Assembly: GCA_032718475.1 (NCBI GenBank)
Contig: JAUCBJ010004176.1
Location: 1 to 64,000, forward strand
Reading direction: 5' to 3'
DNA: 64,000 bases
From: Nemertoderma westbladi
Taxonomy: Eukaryota > Animalia > Xenacoelomorpha
Shown piece after piece: positions 15,101-26,855 of the stretch (positions are counted from its first letter, which is position 1; every line of letters starts with the position of its first letter). A model generated the notes under the pieces. The model had not been told where the DNA came from. It searched no databases and was given only the letters and a program-made list of their open reading frames with translations. The position numbers and the translations under genes are program-made.

Positions 15101-18100
15101 TTACCCGGACCACACGAACTCACCACATTAAATAGATCCACTGTGAACCTGCGTAGTTACCCGTAGCACACGAACTCACCACATTAAATAGATCCACTGT
15201 GAACCTGCGCAGTTACCCGGACCACACGAACTCACCACATTAAATAGATCCACTGTGAACCTGCGTAGTTACCCGGACCACACGAACTCACCACATTAAA
15301 TAGATCCATTGTGAACCTGCGTAGTTACCCGGACCACACGAACTCACCACATTAAATAGATCCACTGTGAACCTGCGTAGTTACCCGGACCACACGAACT
15401 CACACATTAAATAGATCCACTGTGAACCTGCGTAGTTACCTGGACCACACGAACTCACCACATTAAATAGATCCACTGTGAACCTGCGCAGTTACCCGGA
15501 CCACACGAACTCACCACATTAAATAGATCCACTGTGAACCTGCGTAGTTACCCGGACCACACGAACTCACCACATTAAATAGATCCATTGTGAACCTGCG
15601 TAGTTACCCGGACCACACGAACTCACCACATTAAATAGATCCACTGTGAACCTGCGTAGTTACCCGGACCACACGAACTCACCACATTAAATAGATCCAC
15701 TGTGAACCTGCGTAGTTACCCGGACCCCGGACCACACGAACTCACCACATTAAATAGATCCACTGTGAACCTGCGTAGTTACCCGGACCACACGAACTCA
15801 CCACATTAAATAAATCCACTGTGAATCTGCGTAGTTACCCGGACCACACGAACTCACCACATTAAATAAATTCACTGTGAACCTGCGTAGTTACCCGGAC
15901 CACACGAACTCACCACATTAAATAGATCCACTGTGAACCTGCGTAGTTACCCGGACCACACGAACTCACCACATTAAATAGATCCACTGTGAACCTGCGT
16001 AGTTACCCGGACCACACGAACTCACCACATTAAATAGATCCACTGTGAACCTGCGTAGTTACCCGGACCACACGAACTCACCACATTAAATAGATCCACT
16101 GTGAACCTGAGTAGTTACCCGGACCACACGAACTCACCACATTAAATAGATCCACTGTGAACCTGCGTAGTTACCCGGACCACACGAACTCACCACATTA
16201 AATAGATCCACTGTGAACCTGCGTAGTTACCCGGACCACACGAACTCACCACATTAAATAGTTCCACTGTGAACCTGCGTAGTTACCCGGACCACACGAA
16301 CTCACCACATTAAATAGATCCACTGTAAACCTGCGTAGTTACCCGGACCACACGAAATCACCACATTAAATAGATCCACTGTGAACCTGCGTAGTTACCC
16401 GGACCACACGAACTCACCACATTAAATAGATCCACTGTGAACCTGCGTAATTACCCGGACACCGGACCACACGAACTCACCACATTAAATAGATGCACTG
16501 TGAACCTGCGTAGTTACCCGGACCACACGAACTCACCACATTAAATAGATCCACTGTGAACCTGCGTAGTTACCCGGACCACACGAACTCACCACATTAA
16601 ATAGATCCACTGTGAACCTGCGTAATTACCCGGACACCGGACCACACGAACTCACCACATTAAATAGATGCACTGTGAACCTGCGTAGTTACCCGGACCA
16701 CACGAACTCACCACATTAAATAGATCCACACTGTGAACCTGCGTAGTTACCCGGACCACACGAACTCACCATATTAAATAGATCCACTGTGAACCTGCGT
16801 AGTTACCCGGACCACACGAACTCACCACATTAAATAGATCCACTGTGAACCTGCGTAGTTACCCGGACCACACGAACTCACCACATTAAATAGATCCACT
16901 GTGAACCTGCGTAGTTAGTTACCCGGACCACACGAACTCACCACATTAAATAGATCCACTGTGAACCTGCGTAGTTACCCGGACCACACGAACTCACCAC
17001 ATTAAATAGATCCATTGTGAACCTGCGTAGTTACCCGGACCACACGAACTCACCACATTAAATAGATCCACTGTGAACCTGCGTAGTTACCCGGACCACA
17101 CGAACTCACCACATTAAATAGATTCACTGTGAACCTGCGTAGTTACCCGGACCACACGAACTCACCACATTAAATAGATCCATTGTGAACCTGCGTAGTT
17201 ACCCGGACCACACGAACTCACCACATTAAATAGATCCACTGTGAACCTGCGTAGTTACCCGGACCACAAGAACTCACCACATTAAATAGATCCATTGTGA
17301 ACCTGCGTAGTTACCCGGACCACACGAACTCACTACATTAAATAGATCCACTGTGAACCTGCGTAGTTACCCGGACCACACGAACTCACCACATTAAATA
17401 GATCCACTGTAAACCTGCGTAGTTACCCGGACCACACGAACTCACCACATTAAATAGATCCACTGTGAACCTGCGTAGTTACCCGGACCACACGAACTCA
17501 CCACATTAAATAGATCCACTGTGAACCTGCGTAGTTACCCGGACCACACGAACTCACCACATTAAATAGATCCATTGTGAACCTGCGTAGTTACCCGGAC
17601 ACACGAACTCACCACATTAAATAGATCCACTGTGAACCTGCGTAGTTACCCGGACCACACGAACTCACCACATTAAATAGATCCACTGTGAACCTGCGTA
17701 GTTACCCGGACCACACGAACTCACCACATTAAATAGATCCACTGTGAACCTGCGTAGTTACCCGGACCACACGAACTCACCACATTAAATAGATCCACTG
17801 TGAACCTGCGTAGTTACCCGGACCACACGAACTCACCACATTAAATAGATCCACTGTGAACCTGCGTAGTTACCCGGACCACACGAACTCACCACATTAA
17901 ATAGATCCACTGTGAACCTGCGTAGTTACCCGGACCACACGAACTCACCACATTAAATAGATCCACTGTGAACCTGCGTAGTTACCCGGACCACACGAAC
18001 TCACCACATTAAATAGATCCACTGTGAACCTGCGTAGTTACCCGGACCACACGAACTCACCACATTAAATAGATCCACTGTGAACCTGCGTAGTTACCCG

Positions 18101-18192
18101 GACCACACGAACTCACCACATTAAATAGATCCACTGTGAACCTGCGTAGTTACTCGGACCACACGAACTCACCACATTAAATAGATCCACTG
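9172..18192. repeat. 56-bp satellite, about 160 copies, made of the exon 8 end plus donor
   Basis: Unit GTGAACCTGCGTAGTTACCCGGACCACACGAACTCACCACATTAAATAGATCCACT; period confirmed at 9241 and 9297. Confidence 0.98.
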
Positions 18193-18268
18193 ATTTGTTG
18201 TCTTCGTCGCTTGCTTCTTCTATTGGAAGTTTTCGACCCGCTCCACCAAAGTCGGTGACATCGGAACT
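18173..18268 (-). CDS. RPGR: RPGR exon 8
   Basis: tttcag| and |GTGAGT, 96 nt, phase 0-0. SSDVTDFGG...KSVDLFNV. Its 3' end seeds the 56-bp satellite. Confidence 0.85.
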
Positions 18269-18514
18269 CTGAAATAACAGTAAATACTGAAAGTAACTGC
18301 AGTATTGGGAAATAGGCAATAGGAAAATTAGGTAAAAAAATCGTTTGGAAAAACGCAATTGGATCGGGAGTTCTTAATAGCGCAAAATAACAATCGCAAA
18401 GAGCGTTTAAAGGAATTAATTTAATATAATTTAAAATATTAAGAGGTAGGAGCAGGTTTCAGTGGCGGTGTTTTATAACCAAAGCATGGGGGGTCGGTCA
18501 AATATTGAACTAAC

Positions 18515-18706
18515 CCTAGTGGGTGAGAATGTTTGGCTAAGTTTGGGCAGTTCTATCTTTGTAGCTGTTGTGAGTAGAGGCGGCAGGGTGTTGCTGAGTT
18601 CGTCGGAAACTTTAGCTCTGCGTCGTTCGCGCGGCGTCAACGCACCCAGACCGGAGTCGCCGCCAGCTGAATCACCCCTAGACGGAGATCTGTTCAACGT
18701 GTTCAA
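18515..18706 (-). CDS. RPGR: RPGR exon 7
   Basis: cgcag| and |GTTAGT, 192 nt, phase 0-0. LNTLNRSPS...LTPRERRR...TLPPL. Confidence 0.85.
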
Positions 18707-18854
18707 CTGCGGACAGATAAAGTTTAACTTTTATTATCTAACCGAAAAGGAAATACAAATAATATAAAGTGGGAAAATATGAGGCTGATTGAAGTTATAA
18801 AGAGTATAAATTATTTCAAATAAAGCGCGCAGCGCTGTGATTCGCGAAAATTCA

Positions 18855-19030
18855 TGGGAAGTTTTTGCCGTGAACTTCTGCCATGAAAATTGACGGCAAA
18901 TTTAATTTGCCGCAAACTTCTGCTGTGAAATTTGACGGCAAATTCAATCTGCCGCGAACTTCTGCTGTAAAATTTGACGGCAAATTCAATCTGCCGCAAA
19001 CTTATGCCGTGAAATTTGACGGCAAATTCC
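18855..19030. repeat. Short ~39-bp tandem repeat
   Basis: AAATTTGACGGCAAATTCAATCTGCCGC repeated about four times. Confidence 0.8.
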
Positions 19031-19505
19031 TATTGGCTATTTTCCATATTGTTTTGTGTCGGAAAGTCACCCTTATAGAGCTATGCTACCCTGTATCCTT
19101 GGCTGCTGCATGTTGTCAGTATAGTATAGTACAAGCAAGCACAGGCTAAGCTGCATACCAGGGCCAGGGGATACTATCAGTTTGATTACACATTCTAATT
19201 CTATAATTTATATTTCTAAACTATTCCTCAGCCAAGAAACAAATTACAGAAATGTGTATTAGCAGCACAATAGAATATAATAGCACATGCCGACAGTCAA
19301 AACAATATAATCTTTGGGTACATTAACTATTAATAATTAACTTCAGATGCATATTTAAATGACTTTATAGAAATAACTACATACTTATTTGTCGGGGCGA
19401 TGTACAGAAAAGTGGTCAGACTAGAGCCATGAGGGTAAGAAACTCGAGTTGCTTATATTAAAGTCGCAGAGAAAAGGTAAGGGGACAGTTTAGTAGGGTC
19501 AGAGA

Positions 19506-19716
19506 AAAACGCGGATCCGGATCCGGATCCGGATTCTACATTTAACATTGTCTCTACGGAAGTCGATTTTCTTTACATTTTTATAACTCCCAAAAATAAA
19601 ACTATAACCTGTTCTATTGAATTTAGTTTATTGTTTTGGTTAAAATAACGTGCCACTGTAATCTGCTCCTTTCCCTTAATTGATAATTTTGGAATCCGGA
19701 TCCGGATCCGCGTTTT
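19506..19716. mobile_element. MITE with (GGATCC)n terminal inverted repeats
   Basis: AAAACGCGGATCCGGATCC...GGATCCGGATCCGCGTTTT flank the shared core. Confidence 0.7.
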
Positions 19717-19724
19717 ACACCTAC

Positions 19725-20230
19725 CCAGTTTAGTATAACGTGCGTTTCTTCATCACATTGACAAACTCTCCAGTGGCGGAACGCGCGGCGCCATCTACCG
19801 GTAGCTACACGAAGTTTGTGTGAGATTAACCGTAGAGCTGAAATATATTCAGCTCTATTATTATGGTATAAATCGTGGCTACGCAGATCTGGGTTTGGAA
19901 TCGTCCTGTACGTGATGAACTTTGTCGCCGTGTCTGGTTTAGCAAGGATTCTAGAACGAACAGCTCCCCAGGTGTCTGAGTCATCGAACTCAATTGATTT
20001 TTTGAAGAAATGGAAACCAGGGGATTCTGCTCTCTTGCACATCAAACACCACATGGAATGGAATTTAATAAACTGGATTTCTAAACATTTTCAATAAAAA
20101 TATTTTCCTAGAGCGCGAGACACTGTAGGGTAATGGGTATACCGGCTTCTAAAAGGCAGAAATCAGTTGGGGTTTGAATACGGAATGACAGCAAACATTT
20201 TAATATTTTATCAAAGTACTTTTGGGTAAC
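19725..20230 (-). mobile_element. Degenerate 3' fragment of a non-LTR retrotransposon ORF2
   Basis: ISALRLISHKLRVATGRW...RVCQC..DEETHVIL is a typical LINE C-terminal CCHC region. Confidence 0.7.
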
Positions 20231-20682
20231 GGAGTAGTTATTCCCGTGTCATGATTCGACAGCGTATATAGTAGTGTTGCCATCACAGTCACAGAAGCCC
20301 CAAATACCTGAAGCTTAATAGCAAACGGTACATCAGCGTTTTTAGCCAGAAAATATAAAATTTGTTGGCTGTTTCTACAAACTTTGGTTGAAGCTCTCTA
20401 AACATTGTGGTTAAACTACCGCCACCAGTAAACATCGCACCACGGTAAACACAACTGGTATATAGTTTTATTGATACATTATCATAAACCAAGGAATTAT
20501 AACCGTCCGGTTCACCGGCAACGGCGAATACAAAAAACCTTTAATTACTTACAACTTTAATATCTAAAGCTGCGCGACTGGTGGCTAAAATTACCGTGTC
20601 ATCCATTAACAGTAACAAAGCAAATACTCCTAGAAACCCATCCCTACAGTAAGGACACCCTATAGATCCCGTTTATATTAAC

Positions 20683-20802
20683 CTTGTCTGTCCGCATTGT
20701 CGCCTCCAATAAACTATCTTCGCTGCTACCACTGGCCATTCCGTTGGACATGCGACTACGTTTCGTCGCTAATACTATAGAGTGACAACCACCACAAGCG
20801 AT
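20683..20802 (-). CDS. RPGR: RPGR exon 6, end of RCC1-like domain
   Basis: gccag| and |GTTAAT, 120 nt, phase 0-0. IACGGCHSIVLA resembles RPGR VACGGCHMVVFA. Not in the ORF track. Confidence 0.9.
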
Positions 20803-21211
20803 CTGGCAGGATATAGAATAAAGGTTTTAATCAAGTAATATGTGTGAACAAAAAACAAAGGATAATTTACCATTCCTACGGGAGATGGGATTCTCTTCGG
20901 GGAAATTAGTGGCAAATGTTAGCTAAAAACGAGAAAAAATAAAACTGTATTTTGTTTATTGTTTTGGTTAGAATGTCATACCACTATGCGTAACCTGCTC
21001 CTTTCCCTTAATTGATAATTAACATTTTTAATCGCCGAAATGGGATTTGCATCAAGCCCCCTGTCTGGTTTCCTATAAACAGAGTAATAAATTATTTAAT
21101 AATTTAATGTTAAAGATATTTCGATAGAAAATAAAATTAGATATTATATATGTGATATAACAATTTATTATTACTAAAATGGTTGTCACGTATTTTAACT
21201 ATAACGCTTAC

Positions 21212-21495
21212 CACGGAAACGAAAAAATCTCCGAATTCGGTAACTTTCTGAGGTTTGAACTGATTGGCCAGGTTGTCCTCCCCCTGTATAAGCTTGCCGT
21301 GACGTCCGTCGCCCATACTGTATAGGATTCCCTTTCGGGAGAGAGCCATAGTGTGCGAGTCTCCACAGGACACGGAGGTTAGACGGACATTGGATAGACG
21401 GCTGACTAGAGTCGGGGTCTGGGTTTCTAGAACGTTGGGACCGAGTCCCAACTGTCCACATTGCCCTTCTCCAAAAGTGTAGAGTTTCCCTGACT
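21212..21495 (-). CDS. RPGR: RPGR exon 5, RCC1 repeats
   Basis: tacag| and |GTAAGC, phase 1-0. SGKLYTFGEGQCGQLGLG...CGDSHT...GDGRHGKL. Confidence 0.95.
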
Positions 21496-23879
21496 CTGTA
21501 ATAATTAACACTTTGAATAGATTCTAAACTATAATGTGAATAAATGTGCTGAAATATTACTAAATAAAAAACTAATTACAATAATTTTGTTTTAGAACCA
21601 CAATTATTGTTTTAATTTTTCATTGGTGTTTAGTCGGCCAAGTACAGTAGGGTTGAGCACTGTGGCAGCAGATTATTGTATTGACAGATGGGAGGCCGTG
21701 AGGAGGTAAATTGCGGACATACCTAAGCCGCTAGCTGAATGGTTAGAGGGTTAACCCGTAGGTCAACACGTTCGTGGGGCCTTCGCGCAGCACGAGGCCC
21801 AGTTATGAGATACAAATTAAAATTGAGCGACTGTATCACAAAATCAGGTTTTGAGAAATTTACCCACACCACCAATCAATCAAAGAAAGGGGGACAGTAC
21901 GTGTTCACCCCTTTTAATCCCCCCCCCCCCCCCCCCCACCCTTCCCAACCACCAATACATAACCGCGACATCTACCACCCACGGAAGGGTAGCACGAACT
22001 TATTTCCAATCGCACGTTCAATATGCAAAGCCAGGTGGTTTATAGGAATATAATAAACGCAGTACTCGTATTCATTATAAGCCTCGTTGCGTTCGTCCTG
22101 TTTTGTATTTAAATATATTTCTTAAACGCAGGCTAGGACGTTCTTTATAATAATAATAACTAGGGATGCGATCAATATGTGAAGCCAGGTGGTTTATATA
22201 ATAATTTAGTCAACGCAGTACTCGTCTTCATTATATGCCTCGTTGCGCTCGTCGCTTGTCCTGTTTTGTTATAAAATATTTTTCCTAAACGCAGACTGAC
22301 GATCTTTATACAGTTATAACTATGCGAAGTTTCGAAACTGTGCGAGTAACTGTTGATACATCTATGTGGATATGTGTGATATGTGGAGATGTGTGATACA
22401 ACGCCAACGCATCTTATGCCGATGTAGTAATATGGGTATTGAAATAATATTAAATTAATGTACACTCTTAAAGCTGCAGCGAAAAAATGTAGCTAATTTC
22501 CTAGGTTACATATAAAATAATAATATTATTTTTAAGAACATTAATTTTACTACTTTGCAAAAATTCAATTAAAAAATAACCAGACATATATATACATTGT
22601 GGAATAAACTATTTCAGAAGCCTACACAACAGCCATGCCATGGATAGTATTTATGTTATGATATCTGTCATTCACCTGAGATAGCAATACAACATTTATA
22701 GTGAATTTAAAGAATGCTGTCTGGGCTGGAATAGCAATACTGGTTGTCTATTACTATTCCTCTCTGGTTAGTCTTAGCAACAACTCCCAGCCAGCAGCAG
22801 AGACTTGACCAATAATGGGAAGGATTAAATTTGTACTCAATAATTGTGCGGTTTAATTACGTTTAGATCAATTAAAGACACAATTATTAAAGCAAATCAC
22901 TTGAACTAATTAAAAACTATAATAGAATGGCGTATGGGGATTACATCTGTATAATTTTTAATTATAATTATTTAAATCTTATACTGTAAAACAATTAATT
23001 TCCTTTAAAAGGCAGGTTGAAAATGGTGTTTTTACCGTAATAACTTAATTAACTAATTAACTGCTATTATCTTAGCTTCTCGAAGGCCACACTGAAATTC
23101 TACTTAGAAAATTTCTAAACTTTTGCCAAACAACATGTGTACCAAGTTTGGATAGATTTCATCAAAGATTGGCCGAGTTATTAACGTTTAAAATTGAACG
23201 CGACAGAACGACAGAACGACAGAACGACAGGTTGATTAATGGTACCACTACGCTAAGGCTCACTCACTTCGTGGCTCGCCCCACAGTTCGATCCCACCTG
23301 GACATCATTGCCGACTTTGCAAAGCTGTACCCAACAAAACCTTACAATTATTGTGGGTCACAGGCACTGTTAAAAAGGTTGATATAAAAGTGGATATGTG
23401 AATCTAGGGCTACTACTTTTTTCGATTCGAGGCTCTACGTTTATTCTTGGTGTGGCGATCTGTAATTTGGCCGAACTTTGTTCCTCTACTTGCGAACTAT
23501 GTTCCTATCGAATTTTCAAGGATAATTATGTTCTAATTATTGCGAACTTTGTTCCTATCAATGCGAACTTTGTTCCTATTATTGCGAACTTTGTTAGAAT
23601 CTCTGTAAGTTACTTTCAGTTTGTGGAAAGGATTATTTAGTATATCTAACTTAATGAGTAGTTCAAGTAGTTAAGAACATTAATGGAAAGGAGCAGGTTA
23701 CACTGGCGGTGTTTTCTATCCAAAACAATAAACTATAAATAATTTCACTTGCGGTCAATTTGTGCTGAGGATTACTATTTTCAATTGCGCTCAATGTGCG
23801 TCACTATCTGATTATGTGATGTATTAGGCCTAGGAACAGGCGGAATACGTAGTGAATGGAAATTATGGTCTCAAAAAAA

Positions 23880-24075
23880 ATTATTGGGCAAGTGACTTAT
23901 TCTGTAAGTCGAATATTGGGCAAGTGACCTATTGGTAAAGTTAACTACTTTCGGTTAAAAATGAAATATATTGGGCAAGTGACCTAAATATTTTTTAATG
24001 GGCAAGTGATTTATTGGGGAAGTGTCCTATTGGGCAAGTGATTTATTGGGGAAGTGACCTATTGGGCAAGTGACT
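23880..24075. repeat. Dispersed/tandem ~20-bp motif ATTGGGCAAGTGAC (transposon subterminal type)
   Basis: About eight copies visible. Confidence 0.7.
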
Positions 24076-24408
24076 GCATACCTATAATATTACGCTATAA
24101 TGTTTAATGTCAAAATTTTATTAAAATAAAAAAATTACCCATTCGAATCAATAATTATTAGAATTTGATGACTTCAGTTTGCGTTATAGGAAAAGGATAT
24201 AGGTTTGCGCTATGAAACTGAATGATTGGGTGTTTCAAATGTTTACTTTTAATTTCAAAGTCGCAAACATTACCTTAATTATTGTTATTCTTTGGGACAT
24301 AGGATAATCTGACACTAGGGCACGTATTACTAGTATGTACGTTACGTACAAACTAAGTATTCTTAGTAAATCAATATTAAAATAATTTATTATTGAAATT
24401 GGCTGGAC

Positions 24409-25589
24409 ATGTCTGAGGCAGATATCTTCTTTAAGTATAAACACAAATGTCTCAGTCTGTCCCATGTCTGAGGCAGATATCTTCTTTAAGTATAAACACA
24501 AATGTCTCAGTCTGTCCCATGTCTGTGGCAGATATATTCTTTAAGTATAAACACAAATGTCTCAGTCTGTCCAATGTCTGTGTCAGATATCTTCTTTAAG
24601 TATAAACACAAATGTCTCAAGTCTGTCTCATGTCTGTGTCAGATATCTTCTTTAAGTATAAACACAAATGTCTCAAGTCTGTATCATGTCTGTGTCAGAT
24701 ATCTTCTTTAAGTATAAACACAAATGTCTAAAGTCTGTCTCATGTCTGTGGCAGATATATTCTTTAAGTATAAACACAAATGTCTCAAGTATGTCCCATG
24801 TCTGTGGCAGATATCTTCTTTAAGTATAAACACAAATGTCTCAAGTCTGTATCATGTTTGACGTCTGTGGCAGATATCTTCTTTAAGTATAAACACAAAT
24901 GTCTCAGTCTGTCTCATGTCTGTGGCAGATATCTTCTTTAAGTATAAACACAAATGTCTCAGTCTGTCTCATGTCTGTGTCAGATATCTTCTTTAAGTAT
25001 AAACACAAATATCTCAGTCTGTCTCATGTCTGAGGCAGATATCTTCTTTAAGTATAAACACAAATGTCTCAGTCTGTCTCATGTCTGTGTCAGATATCTT
25101 CTTTAAGTATAAACACAAATGTCTCAGTCTGTCTCATGTCTGTGTCAGATATCTTCTTTAAGTATAAACACAAATGTCTCAGTCTGTCTCATGTCTGTGT
25201 CAGATATCTTCTTTAAGTATAAACACAAATGTCTCAGTCTGTCTCATGTCTGTGGCAGATATCTTCTTTAAGTATAAACACAAATGTCTCAAGTCTGTCT
25301 CATGTCTGTGTCAGATATCTTCTTTAAGTATAAACACAAATGTCTCAAGTCTGTCTCATGTCTGAGGCAGATATCTTCTTTAAGTATAAACACAAATGTC
25401 TCAGTATGTCTCATGTCTGTGTCAGATATCTTCTTTAAGTATAAACACAAATGTCTCAGTCTGTCTCATGTCTGAGGCAGATATCTTCTTTAAGTATAAA
25501 CACAAATGTCTCAGTATGTCTCATGTCTGTGTCAGATATCTTCTTTAAGTATAAACACAAATGTCTCAAGTCTGTCTCATGTCTGTGTC
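24409..25589. repeat. 53-54-bp minisatellite, about 22 copies
   Basis: Unit ATGTCTGTGTCAGATATCTTCTTTAAGTATAAACACAAATGTCTCAGTCTGTCTC. Confidence 0.95.
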
Positions 25590-26075
25590 CAGCAAATGCC
25601 TGGTGATTTCTCACATCAAACACCGCCGGCTTTCAGACAAATATGTCATCAGACTGTCTGAGTCTGAGCTCAGACTCTTGTCTGACATCAGACGAAGTAT
25701 AACAGGTACTTGTATTAACTGGTACTGGTATTATTGGGATGGTATAACAGGTATTTTTTTGTTCCTCTTGATATTTTTGCGAATTTTGATCTATATTAAT
25801 TATATATTAATATCTATATTAATATCTATATTAAATCTGTATTAAGATCTATGTTATCCTGGATAAATGCATCATCCTATGCAGATAAATATAATATTAC
25901 GCTAATGTTTAATTTCAAAATTGATATAGTAGTTGTCCATTGGGGAGTTGTAGGGCCCTATAACGTTACCCAGTTGAGGAGCCATGTTACCCAGTTTCGT
26001 TTATCTACTGTAGGACTAGTTACTGCAGTACTGTAATTGTGAGTGAAACAAATTCTCTGTCACAGGAACAAAATT

Positions 26076-26121
26076 AGCGCTACTGATGAGGCCTGATAGG
26101 CTGAAACGTACGTATAGCGCT
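26076..26121 (+). ncRNA. Minimal type I hammerhead ribozyme, copy 1
   Basis: AGCGCTA-CTGATGA-GGCCTGATAGGCT-GAAA-C-GTAC-G-TA-TAGCGCT. Stem I 7 bp, conserved core, palindromic loop 3, predicted cleavage after GUA at 26114. Confidence 0.9.
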
Positions 26122-26426
26122 GGTTCAATTCCCGGTGACGCGCTTTCTCTTTTTTTCCATTTCTGAACAAAACCAAAATATTACATCTTTAATTACAGTT
26201 GCATTAACAGCTCAACTCCAATTTATTTATTTAATATCACCTGGCAGCAATACTCGAGCTGAATATTTATTTAATTGTAGGCCTACTTTCCTCCTGTTTC
26301 ACTCTAGCATACTTGAGGCCGGTAGGTCCGCTGTTAGAGATAGGATATGCAACTTAAAGACTGCCTGTTCAATAGAAGTGGATTAGGTGGGATAGTGAAT
26401 GTCAGGGGCAAGTGGCTGAACTGGTT

Positions 26427-26472
26427 AGCGCTACTGATGAGGCCTGATAGGCTGAAACGTACGTATAGCGCT
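26427..26472 (+). ncRNA. Minimal type I hammerhead ribozyme, copy 2, inside a tRNA-like unit 26401-26490
   Basis: Identical to copy 1 and 351 nt downstream; predicted cleavage after 26465. A-box TGGCTGAACTGG (26413-26424), B-box GGTTCAACCCC (26473-26483), T6 at 26502-26507. Confidence 0.9.
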
Positions 26473-26624
26473 GGTTCAACCCCCGGTGACGCGCTTTCTA
26501 ATTTTTTCCATTTCTGAACAAAACCATAATAAAGTCAATAGGACAGATTACAGTTTTATTTTTGAGAGAAATCAAATATTATTCGTGTCGATTTTCTCCT
26601 GGAGAGGGACTATTGTCCCTCTCC

Positions 26625-26855
26625 ATTTAGTTTGATGCCGTTATGTAGTTTGATGCCGTTATTTAGTTTTACGAGCCACATAGTGAGTGAGCCTCATAGT
26701 ACGAGTATCATTGCTGCATATAGGGGGTGGGGGACTTTCAACTAATCCAATGTTGCGAATCTGCAGCAATGATAATCGTACGATGAGGCTCACTCACTAC
26801 GTGGCTCGTAAAACTAAATAACGGCATCATACTAAATAACGGCATCAAACTAAAT
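26625..26855. mobile_element. Palindromic MITE with ~94-bp inverted arms
   Basis: ATTTAGTTTGATGCCGTT...TTGCTGCA and TGCAGCAA...AACGGCATCAAACTAAAT. Confidence 0.8.

Larger units (their letters stand above)
26074..26525 (+). mobile_element. Retrozyme/SINE-like element, partial tandem with a 351-nt monomer
   Basis: Direct repeat of about 100 bp containing the hammerhead at both ends; no ORF; a related copy lies at 31270-31497 on the minus strand. Confidence 0.75.

Noticed and set aside
9172-18192. CRISPR-like appearance of the long arrays
   Set aside because: Units are contiguous and near-identical with no unique spacers, there are no cas genes, and the context is eukaryotic.
24409-25589. 53-54-bp array as another donor-anchored repeat
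   Set aside because: The unit has no GTRAG donor and no adjacent exon; it is a counter-example lying mid-intron.
25621-25660. CTGATGA...GAAA on the minus strand as another hammerhead
   Set aside because: Stem II does not close next to GAAA, and there is no matching stem I or III.
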